From Candidatus Bathyarchaeota archaeon (lineage in GTDB: Archaea > Thermoproteota > Bathyarchaeia > Bathyarchaeales > Bathyarchaeaceae), in assembly GCA_050115935.1 (NCBI GenBank), contig JASFPO010000001.1, positions 1 through 54,488 on the forward strand: 54,488 nt of DNA. The letters are read 5' to 3'. Positions 26,697-34,040 of this stretch are shown here, piece by piece. A program made the translations under genes and the position numbers. Positions within the stretch are counted from its first letter, which is position 1. Every line of letters starts with the position of its first letter. The notes below the pieces were generated by a model, which worked only from the letters and a program-made list of their open reading frames with translations, ran no database searches and was not told the DNA's origin.

Positions 26697-27662
26697 TCAT
26701 AATATGGGGAAAATTCGCGGGAGACCCCCTTTCGCAGATTCTCTTGGGGAGAGTGTAATTAGGTATTCTGCCAACGCGTCGGAAATTGGCTGACCAGTTG
26801 CTTTCTGAAAATAGCTATAGCCTGGAGAAGGGTTGACCTCCAAGCAGTAGACCTTATCTGGATTGACAATTAAATCGATTCCTACAAAAGACAGTTGGCA
26901 TATGTGGGCGAGTTTTAGGCACTTCTTCCGCATCGCAATAGTTAATTCATATGGTCTAAACTTCAGCGAGGTTCCTTCCTGAACGGCATATCGGTAGTCT
27001 GTGGCAGAAGTCAGAATCTGGGTAGCGAACAACCTCTTCCCAATAACGTGGACACGAACATTAAAGCCTTCAATCTTATGTTGAAACTGCGTAGGAAGGT
27101 AACGCAGCGACTTGATCCTTTTTACAGACTTCTCATCTAGGCAGCCAACAATCGATCGAATAGAACTTATGGATTTATAAATTAGCGGGCTGTTTGAAAA
27201 TGCAAACTCCGACAAGGACTGTAAGTTGTTTGTAATCATTGTTTCAGGGATGGCAAAACCGGATTGCCGTATAAGCAAAGCTTGGTATGGTTTGGAGTTA
27301 TTAGACATCATTGGTCGCCGGCGGTTGACAACGCGAACTGGGAGAATATCGAAAAGATCCATAAGGGAACGCATAATCGAGCGGGTTTTGCTGACAACCT
27401 GTAAGGAGTTACCTGAACTAAGGAGGACTTCAGGTTTCACGAAGCGGTGGTACACGCTACAGATTTCTTTTATTTCAACAGCCTTCCCATCTACTCTGAG
27501 GTGACCGGCAATGCCACGGTCAGTCACTTGCCAGCGGAGCTGAACTTGATCGGCTAGCTTTTCTTGGTCTAAAGCTATGAAGTCGGCCCCCTTTCTAAGA
27601 AGCGACTGGACAAGCATGGCAACTGGCGCCTCATCTGCAATGCCACAAACGAGAGTCACCAT
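26697..27662 (-). CDS. ATP-grasp ligase, canonical catalytic motifs (RiPP-maturase/RimK-like)
   Basis: C-terminal LSFVGIDLIVNPDKVYCLEVNPSPGYSYF (Mg/ATP D...E-x-N). Central KPYQALLIRQSGFAIPETMI. An N-terminal pre-ATP-grasp domain. The overall layout resembles MdnC/MvdD as I recall them. Its ATG at 27662 overlaps the upstream stop. Confidence 0.8.
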   Translation of the reverse strand: MVTLVCGIADEAPVAMLVQSLLRKGADFIALDQEKLADQVQLRWQVTDRGIAGHLRVDGKAVEIKEICSVYHRFVKPEVLLSSGNSLQVVSKTRSIMRSLMDLFDILPVRVVNRRRPMMSNNSKPYQALLIRQSGFAIPETMITNNLQSLSEFAFSNSPLIYKSISSIRSIVGCLDEKSVKRIKSLRYLPTQFQHKIEGFNVRVHVIGKRLFATQILTSATDYRYAVQEGTSLKFRPYELTIAMRKKCLKLAHICQLSFVGIDLIVNPDKVYCLEVNPSPGYSYFQKATGQPISDALAEYLITLSPRESAKGGLPRIFPIL

Positions 27663-27663
27663 A

Positions 27664-28557
27664 CTACTTCCCTTTCCCAACGGCGAAATTGATGATATGC
27701 TCGAATATCGCATCCCCGAATGCTGTAACAGCTAAGGTCGGTGGTCGTCCGCAGCCTGAAAAGATCCATGTGTCTTTTGCCGTAACATGGAAATAATACT
27801 CTGCCACGTTAAGGTTTAGCCACTTGTGAAGAGTTCGCAGACGAGTTCTAACCAGACGCGGGATTTGACGGTAAGTAATAGGTGTGAGTGTATCTTCCGA
27901 ATCCAGTGCACATGCGAAAAACCGGCTACCCACTAAGGCCACGGACATCATCCTGCCGGGTATTTCTTCCGTAACTCGGAAATGATTTTCTTTTTGCTCC
28001 AAAAGAGATAGATCAACTCTGCTTGAGCTTTTTTCGCTGATCCAAGCATCTCCCAAGTCGGCGTAACGTGCTGTAACTCCACTTGAAAGCAGTTCTGCTG
28101 TAACCTTCCCAGATTCCAAAGAAACAATCGCTGGTATCTGAAAACCTAGACGGTGGGCAAAATACAATATTTCAGGCGTAGACAACAGAGTGCCAGCCAT
28201 TGTATCTAAAGCAGGCGGATTCACAACTTGGCAGGGCAAGCTTGCAAGGATTGCTAGCCACAGTGCTTGGGTCTCCCAAGCAGCATATTCCGCGTCTTTT
28301 GATGAGAACTGGTCCCATAGCTTTGGCTCGAAGGCATTTATTCCGCAGTAAACTCCATCTATACAATGGCTCTCGATGGAGGTGCCCTGAAAGCTTAACT
28401 GGAACTTAACACCCTTGTCTGATAGGTGGAAGACGAGCACCAAATCGCGAGCTATCTCAGCGCTAGTTAGTACTAATGTCTCTAGCCCTTTGCGTTCCGC
28501 GACATTTTTTAACCTGCGACTGAATTCAGTTAGCTGCTGATCCAGAATCAGAAACAA
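27664..28557 (-). CDS. ATP-grasp-like paralog lacking the canonical E-x-N
   Basis: Same length class and layout (VVNPPALDTMAGTLLSTPEILYFAHRLGFQIPAIV matches the central-domain entry). The position of EVNPxPG reads IFSGCGRPP instead. Confidence 0.55.
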   Translation of the reverse strand: MFLILDQQLTEFSRRLKNVAERKGLETLVLTSAEIARDLVLVFHLSDKGVKFQLSFQGTSIESHCIDGVYCGINAFEPKLWDQFSSKDAEYAAWETQALWLAILASLPCQVVNPPALDTMAGTLLSTPEILYFAHRLGFQIPAIVSLESGKVTAELLSSGVTARYADLGDAWISEKSSSRVDLSLLEQKENHFRVTEEIPGRMMSVALVGSRFFACALDSEDTLTPITYRQIPRLVRTRLRTLHKWLNLNVAEYYFHVTAKDTWIFSGCGRPPTLAVTAFGDAIFEHIINFAVGKGK

Positions 28558-28561
28558 TGTT

Positions 28562-30079
28562 CTATTTTGCTCTTTTTCGTTTTCTCCGCGCTTTCGGTTT
28601 TACTTCAGGACGTTTTTCAGATGAGATAAACGGCGTAAGCTTTTTGACAATCTTTTCCAGTCGATCCATTCGCTCTCCTAGCTCATCATACGCTATTCGG
28701 AATTGCTCAAAGGGCATTCGGAACCCTGGACCTTCGTAAGTTTGTTTCGGCTCTAAAGCCTGCTTGGGCTCCCTCACCTGCTTGGGCTCCCTCACCTGCT
28801 TGGGCTCCCTCACCTGCTTGGGCTCAAGCCACTCTTTGGGCTCTTTCCATTCTTTCCATTCTTTCCACTCCTTAATAGGTTTGATCGTGGTTAGACAGCG
28901 ACATAGAAAGACCCTTCTAGCAAGATCTGTTGAGGACTCGGATATGACAGGGTTATCTATAGCGATGGCATAGTCATAGGCTTCCCATGCAGAAATTAAG
29001 GTATTCAAGTCGTCGTCAGCCGAGATTGCTAAAGCTGTCCCATCACCTCGGACGCCAGCCATTGCAGAAATCCACATTTCAGCCCAAGGATCAAAAGGCC
29101 AGCCTCCTGCAGAACTCTGGTCCCCAGGAACAGCCGCTTGGAAAACGGTGTTTGCAGCCGGGCTATTGTCCATTATAGGTTGGGAAAATGACCCTGAGGC
29201 ACACTGTTCCATGACAACCAGCAATGTCTTGAATGCTGGTAGTGTAGCGAGGTCTGCAGCAAAGTCACTTGCATAGTAATTGCCACCATATGCACTCAGA
29301 TAACCGCCGTTCTCATCAAACCAGCCATGATTGTTGGTATGAACTAGAAGGCAATCCCAAGGACGGATACGTGTTTTCAGGTCGTTGATCACATTCTGGA
29401 AACCGGCGCGGTCGCCTCTGCCATTGACAACCAACCTCCATGCTGATCCGTCTGGTCCAAACCCCGCGGACGCAGGTGTTTCCCACGACATCTGATTGTA
29501 GTTTATGGTGCCATCATAATTCAAGACATATATATCTGCAGAATCGTAGCCGTAAACGTCCACCAGCGTTCGATACAAGAATTCCATGTCGTTCACATGA
29601 CGGCCATTTGATGCCCCAGAGAACAAAATGGCATAGCGCTTCCCTCGAATCCAGAACTTTAGCGGAAAGGGAGCTATTTTGGCGTAGGCACTTAGCTTGG
29701 CAACATCAAATCTTATCCTTGACTTTTTTTTTCGTTTGTAACGTTCGACGGTTTCGCTACTCCGGAACAACTCAAGTGTTTTTGGCTTTTTATGTATGAA
29801 ATACGGGAACTTTGCTGGAACTTTACGGATAAACTCGCCAGTTTTTGCTTCGTAGAGCAAGTAGTGGCAACGATGACCGAAGTTCTTTCCCGGTTCATCA
29901 TCCACGAACACCACATAGGTTGGCCTGTCGAACTTGAGTTGCTCCGTGACTATGTCAATACTCTCGCCTCTTTGCATCATCTTGTGGTCCAGATAAAGCA
30001 GAAAGTCTTGGTTGCCATCATTATTGAGAAGAACGCGCTCCTCTGATTTCTTCTTGATTTTTTCGAAGACCTCTTTCAA
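28562..30079 (-). CDS. Peptidase C13 (legumain/GPI8-like, clan CD) domain protein with an N-terminal unknown domain and a repeat-rich basic C-terminal tail
   Basis: KRYAILFSGASNGRHVNDMEFLY (compare legumain WAVLVAGSNGWYNYRHQAD). LLVHTNNHG carries the His and, 42 residues later, LLVVMEQCASGSF carries the Cys. The tail reads KEWKEWKEWKEPKEWLEPKQVREPKQVREPKQVREPKQALEPKQ...MPFEQFRIAYDELGE...KARRKRKRAK. Confidence 0.75.
   Translation of the reverse strand: MKEVFEKIKKKSEERVLLNNDGNQDFLLYLDHKMMQRGESIDIVTEQLKFDRPTYVVFVDDEPGKNFGHRCHYLLYEAKTGEFIRKVPAKFPYFIHKKPKTLELFRSSETVERYKRKKKSRIRFDVAKLSAYAKIAPFPLKFWIRGKRYAILFSGASNGRHVNDMEFLYRTLVDVYGYDSADIYVLNYDGTINYNQMSWETPASAGFGPDGSAWRLVVNGRGDRAGFQNVINDLKTRIRPWDCLLVHTNNHGWFDENGGYLSAYGGNYYASDFAADLATLPAFKTLLVVMEQCASGSFSQPIMDNSPAANTVFQAAVPGDQSSAGGWPFDPWAEMWISAMAGVRGDGTALAISADDDLNTLISAWEAYDYAIAIDNPVISESSTDLARRVFLCRCLTTIKPIKEWKEWKEWKEPKEWLEPKQVREPKQVREPKQVREPKQALEPKQTYEGPGFRMPFEQFRIAYDELGERMDRLEKIVKKLTPFISSEKRPEVKPKARRKRKRAK
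28760..28868. repeat. In-frame tandem DNA repeats (18-bp unit x3 perfect plus 2 degenerate; 9-bp unit x3) inside the C13 gene
   Basis: CTGCTTGGGCTCCCTCAC at 28760, 28778 and 28796. Degenerate copies at 28814 and 28832. TCTTTCCAT/C at 28842, 28851 and 28860. Confidence 0.9.
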
Positions 30080-30220
30080 AACCTAACCCCCAGTTTTATT
30101 CTAGATTGATTAACTGCCGACTTATTAAGATTTCCATTTTTGGCTCTGTCAAGTTGTCGGTTGATTGGGAACGCCCAAAATCGGTTGATAAAATGTCTAT
30201 TGCGGAGTATCATATTGACG

Positions 30221-30544
30221 TTAATGAAACATCTCACAGTTCATTTCAACAATCTTTTCATTGTGGTATTCGCCCTCCAGCATATCAATCAAGAATCTTG
30301 TGAATGGCAGTAACGCTGTTTCTGTTCCCTTAAGTAGTCCATTGCCAGACTTAGGGAATAGATATGCAGCTAGCTGGGTTAGCTTTGAGATAGGTTCAGC
30401 ATCGGATTGGCGTAATTCATTCGCAATTCCAAGGTTTCTGCAAGACAATACTAGAGTATATGTGTTTGAGCATCTTGAAGAACCGACGGATTCTGCAGCC
30501 CCTATTATCCCTAAAACATGCTCTATTCTAATTCCACTGAGCAT
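30221..30544 (-). CDS. Small ORF upstream of the C13/ATP-grasp operon; candidate modified-peptide precursor
   Basis: 107-aa ORF (ATG), co-directional and 141 nt upstream of the C13 gene. C-terminus reads ...TALLPFTRFLIDMLEGEYHNEKIVEMNCEMFH. No Shine-Dalgarno sequence. Coding status unproven; an antisense ORF of similar length exists. Confidence 0.35.
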   Translation of the reverse strand: MLSGIRIEHVLGIIGAAESVGSSRCSNTYTLVLSCRNLGIANELRQSDAEPISKLTQLAAYLFPKSGNGLLKGTETALLPFTRFLIDMLEGEYHNEKIVEMNCEMFH

Positions 30545-30548
30545 CTAG

Positions 30549-30563
30549 ATTCTCTTAGAGAAT
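30549..30563. promoter_or_regulatory. Palindrome ATTCTCT-T-AGAGAAT immediately upstream of the small ORF
   Basis: 7-bp arms, read directly; 5 nt upstream of the ATG at 30544. A second inverted repeat, CTCCCT-N9-AGGGAG, lies at 30576-30596 and encloses an ATAATA tract. Confidence 0.3.
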
Positions 30564-30855
30564 TGATACACGATGCTCCCTGTCATAATAAGGGAGAACC
30601 AGTGGAATGTCCATACCCTAACTGTCAAGTCTAGTCCAGGCTCTCAACCAGGATAGAAAACTATGTGTGCTACGTTTAAGCAAGGAATGATGATAGAAGT
30701 GCGCTTCCCCAGCCTGGGCAATAATTGGGAATCACACCATGAATTTATAGTGCCTTTGTTTCGGGTTGAGTTCTATATGTGTCCACAGCTGTTGCGCGCT
30801 CTAAGGAGTTGAGAAAGGGTAGCCAATAATGATTATCCATTGGAGGCTGAGTAAA

Positions 30856-31797
30856 TTACTTACTCTTCAGTTTATCGAGAACTGCCGCAATTATGATTGG
30901 AAACGCAATGGTGGCGTCGCAGATTACTGTTACTGCCTTACCTTCAGGCTTGATTTTGCCCCAGCTTATGGCTTCCTCAAGAGAGGCGCCGCTCAAGCCA
31001 CCAGGTTCAGGTCTATCCATGGTGATCTGCACCGCTAGATCTACGCCTTCTCGAAAAGTGTTGGCGAACAGCGCAAAGTGCTTTGGAAAACCTCCGCCTA
31101 GAATAATAATACCTACTTTTTTTGCTTCGTATACCTTGTCCATAAGCGTGCTCACGTCGAGAAGCGGATCGACATGCATTGTTTTGTCCTGACCGTAGAC
31201 CCAGAGTTGAAAGCCAGCAATTGAATCCACAAAAGCAGGACAGATGATTGGTACGCCTTTCTTTGCAGCTGCCGCAAGAATAGAATTCTGGTCATCAATC
31301 TGTTTGCCTATCTCATAGAGCAGTTCCGTTGCTGAAAGACATCGTCTTTTCTCTTCAGGTATGGTTTCTAATACTTTGAAAAGCCACTTTTCCAAAGCCA
31401 TGAAGGCCTCTTGTTGAATGTAAATGTCACCTATTCTGCCTATGTCTCTAGCCTTAAGCCGCTTATCCTCAGCCGCAAAAGTGCCGATTCCATGCTGAAA
31501 ACCCACTGCCTCAACCATATCATGAACCATGTTGGCACCAGTTGTAACAACGACATTCACGTGTTCCTGTTCAATCAAGTCACAAATAACTCGACGAAGA
31601 CCAGCAGGAACCAAGGCGCCAGCCAACGTTAGAAAGACTGTGCAATCGGGGTCACTGAACATCTCTGTTACAAGCCCAGCTGCCTTGCCAATTCTACCTG
31701 CACCGAGAACCCCTGCAGTATCCATCTCTTCAACAAGCTTGCTCACAGTCATTTCCGCGTGTAATTCCATGTGTTTAACATGTTTCATCGATTCCAC
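30856..31797 (-). CDS. dys: Deoxyhypusine synthase
   Basis: 313 aa. ...FLTLAGALVPAGLR...VVVTTGANMVHD...IILGGGFPKH, the DHS family pattern. Confidence 0.9.
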   Translation of the reverse strand: MESMKHVKHMELHAEMTVSKLVEEMDTAGVLGAGRIGKAAGLVTEMFSDPDCTVFLTLAGALVPAGLRRVICDLIEQEHVNVVVTTGANMVHDMVEAVGFQHGIGTFAAEDKRLKARDIGRIGDIYIQQEAFMALEKWLFKVLETIPEEKRRCLSATELLYEIGKQIDDQNSILAAAAKKGVPIICPAFVDSIAGFQLWVYGQDKTMHVDPLLDVSTLMDKVYEAKKVGIIILGGGFPKHFALFANTFREGVDLAVQITMDRPEPGGLSGASLEEAISWGKIKPEGKAVTVICDATIAFPIIIAAVLDKLKSK

Positions 31798-31902
31798 TCT
31801 CTGCTCAGCATTTCACAATTATTCCGATTACACTACTTAAAGAGTTTAAGCACGGTAGGTTAAAATACGGGCTCATAATTGTTTTCTAATCCCCAACGTG
31901 GA

Positions 31903-33483
31903 ATGAGCGTGCCAACTTTGGAAAAGCCTGTTAGGATCACGGACACAACCTTTCGAGATGCCCATCAGTCTCTAATGGCCACGCGGATGCGAACTGACTC
32001 AATGCTTCCAATAGCTGAGAAAATCGACGAGGTCGGCTTCTTCTCACTTGAGGTTTGGGGAGGTGCCACCTTCGACGTTTCCATACGGTATTTGAGAGAG
32101 GACCCTTGGGAGAGACTTCGCCTCTTAAAGGAACATGTATGCAAAACTCCACTGCAAATGTTGCTCAGAGGACAAAACATTGTGGGTTACAAGAACTACC
32201 CAGACGATGTTGTTGAGAGATTTGTTGAAAAAGCATCGGAAAATGGGATTGACATCTTTCGAATCTTCGACGCGCTTAATGACACACGAAACCTCGAGAC
32301 CGCTATAAAAGCAGCAAGCAGGGTTGGTTCTCATGTCCAAGGCACAATCTGCTACACCTTAAGCCCGGTTCACACGGTTGAGCATTACTTGGAAGTTGCC
32401 CAACGTCTTGTTGAGTTAGAATGCGATTCTATTTGTGTCAAAGACATGGCTGGAATGTTGGCGCCAAAAGACGCTTTTCAGCTTATTTCAGCCTTGAAAA
32501 GAGAAGTGGGTTTACCCGTCCATCTGCATTGTCACAGCACAAGCGGTATGGCTCTGATGACATATCTTCGTGCATGCGATGCTGGAGTTGACATCATCGA
32601 CACTGCCTTTTCTTCACTTGCAGGAGGCACATCTCAGCCTCCGGTTGAAACAGTTGTAGCGGCTTTGAGAGACACGTCTTGTGACCCCGGCTTTGACATG
32701 CAATTACTTGTGGAAATAGCTGTATATTTCAAAGAGTTGCGGGAGAAATACTTTGATCCTCTGAGGCTTATCGACCCTATTTCAGAGCGGGTTGATCCAT
32801 CCATACTGATTCATCAAATCCCAGGTGGCATGTTCTCCAATCTAATATCGCAATTAAAAGAGCAGAATGCACTTGGCAGACTAAAAGAAGTCCTAGAAGA
32901 GGTGCCCAAAGTCCGAAGAGAACTGGGATATCCCCCTCTGGTAACTCCAACAAGCCAACTGGTTGGAACGCAAGCAGTTTTCAACGTGCTCTCAGGCAAG
33001 AGATATAGCATCGTGCCAAACGAGGTGAAAGACTACGTTAAGGGTTTGTATGGCAAACCGCCAGCACCAATCGACGAAAAAGTCAAAAGAGAGATAATTG
33101 GAGAAGAAAAACCCATTACAGGTCGCCCTGCCGACCTACTCAAGCCAAGTCTCGAAGCAATTCCAAAAGAAGTGCAAAAACTCATTAAAAGCGAAGAAGA
33201 TGTTTTGACTTACGCTCTTTTTCCGAAAGCCGCGGTAGATTTTTTCCAGAAGAGGAAGCTTAAAAGAGAAGAAGAGAAGAGCGTTACGCTTACTGAGATG
33301 AAAAGGCAAGAGCTAGCTGAGGTTGCCGCGGTCTCAGCAGCCATTGCTTCTTACTTGACCAGCAAAAATGAGGCTCTAGCGGTGATTCCAGCCAGAAGAG
33401 CTACAGCGCTCTCAGCTTGGAGTCTTGCTGGCAGGAGAGAGCTGGCAGAGTCGCTATGGGGTTCCTATTTTGAGAGCGCATGA
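31903..33483 (+). CDS. Carboxyltransferase 5S subunit (oxaloacetate decarboxylase alpha / pyruvate carboxylase B-like), no fused biotin domain
   Basis: ITDTTFRDAHQSL, EVWGGATFD, LQMLLRGQN, HLHCHSTSGMA motifs. Confidence 0.85.
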   Translation: MSVPTLEKPVRITDTTFRDAHQSLMATRMRTDSMLPIAEKIDEVGFFSLEVWGGATFDVSIRYLREDPWERLRLLKEHVCKTPLQMLLRGQNIVGYKNYPDDVVERFVEKASENGIDIFRIFDALNDTRNLETAIKAASRVGSHVQGTICYTLSPVHTVEHYLEVAQRLVELECDSICVKDMAGMLAPKDAFQLISALKREVGLPVHLHCHSTSGMALMTYLRACDAGVDIIDTAFSSLAGGTSQPPVETVVAALRDTSCDPGFDMQLLVEIAVYFKELREKYFDPLRLIDPISERVDPSILIHQIPGGMFSNLISQLKEQNALGRLKEVLEEVPKVRRELGYPPLVTPTSQLVGTQAVFNVLSGKRYSIVPNEVKDYVKGLYGKPPAPIDEKVKREIIGEEKPITGRPADLLKPSLEAIPKEVQKLIKSEEDVLTYALFPKAAVDFFQKRKLKREEEKSVTLTEMKRQELAEVAAVSAAIASYLTSKNEALAVIPARRATALSAWSLAGRRELAESLWGSYFESA

Positions 33484-34018
33484 AATTCTCGTAGATGGCA
33501 AATCATATAAGGTGAAGTTGGGGACATGCACTCCTGGAGCTCTGTTTTCAGTTAAGGTCAATGGAAAAGATGTTGAAGTGGAAATCAATGATGAGTTAGA
33601 CTACAAGTCTCCATTTACCGTCACGGTCCGAGGCAGGTCGTACAAGATAGAATTAAAACGAATTGATAGAAAGTCGCCATTTCCAATAAGCGTCAACGAA
33701 ATTCCTTTCAGTGTTCAATTCAAAACTGCAAAGAGAAAGATTGCGCAAATAACTACGCCTTCTGTTGCGGTTCTTGCTCGCAAATCTTCAAGGAAAACTG
33801 TGAGAGAAGGAGAAATCCTAGCTCCAATGGCGGGCAAGATTGTCTCAGTTAAAGTGAAAAAAGGTGACGCAGTGAAACTTAATGATGTTCTTTGCACGTT
33901 AGAAGCCATGAAAATGGAAAATGAAATCACAGCAACGAAGTCTGGAGTAATTGAGGAAGTTGTTGCCTCAGAAGGTTTGGCTGTTAATGAAGGAGAAGTA
34001 CTAATGAAAATAAGGTAG
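33470..34018 (+). CDS. Biotin carboxyl carrier protein (1.3S/gamma-like)
   Basis: C-terminal biotinyl domain ILAPMAGKIVSVKVKKGD...LCTLEAMKMENEI (AMKM). Start uncertain (TTG at 33470 or further upstream). It overlaps the end of the 5S gene. Confidence 0.8.
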   Translation: MRAHEILVDGKSYKVKLGTCTPGALFSVKVNGKDVEVEINDELDYKSPFTVTVRGRSYKIELKRIDRKSPFPISVNEIPFSVQFKTAKRKIAQITTPSVAVLARKSSRKTVREGEILAPMAGKIVSVKVKKGDAVKLNDVLCTLEAMKMENEITATKSGVIEEVVASEGLAVNEGEVLMKIR

Positions 34019-34040
34019 GAGTACGCTGATGGGTTTTCAG

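Noticed and set aside
28760-28868. Tandem repeats, checked as a possible CRISPR array or minisatellite.
   Set aside because: The repeats are contiguous with no spacers, in frame and inside a long ORF. They are coding repeats, not CRISPR.
30261-30548. A 95-aa plus-strand ORF antisense to the 107-aa candidate precursor ORF.
   Set aside because: Its Ser/Pro-rich composition is typical of an antisense frame and it points against the operon. Still, neither ORF's coding status is proven.
30663-30821. A plus-strand ORF of about 52 aa (MCATFKQGMMIEVRFPSLGNNWESHHEF...), found by manual translation between the cluster and the dys gene.
   Set aside because: It has no motif, lies on the opposite strand to both neighbours and has no ribosome-binding context. 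Probably a chance ORF.
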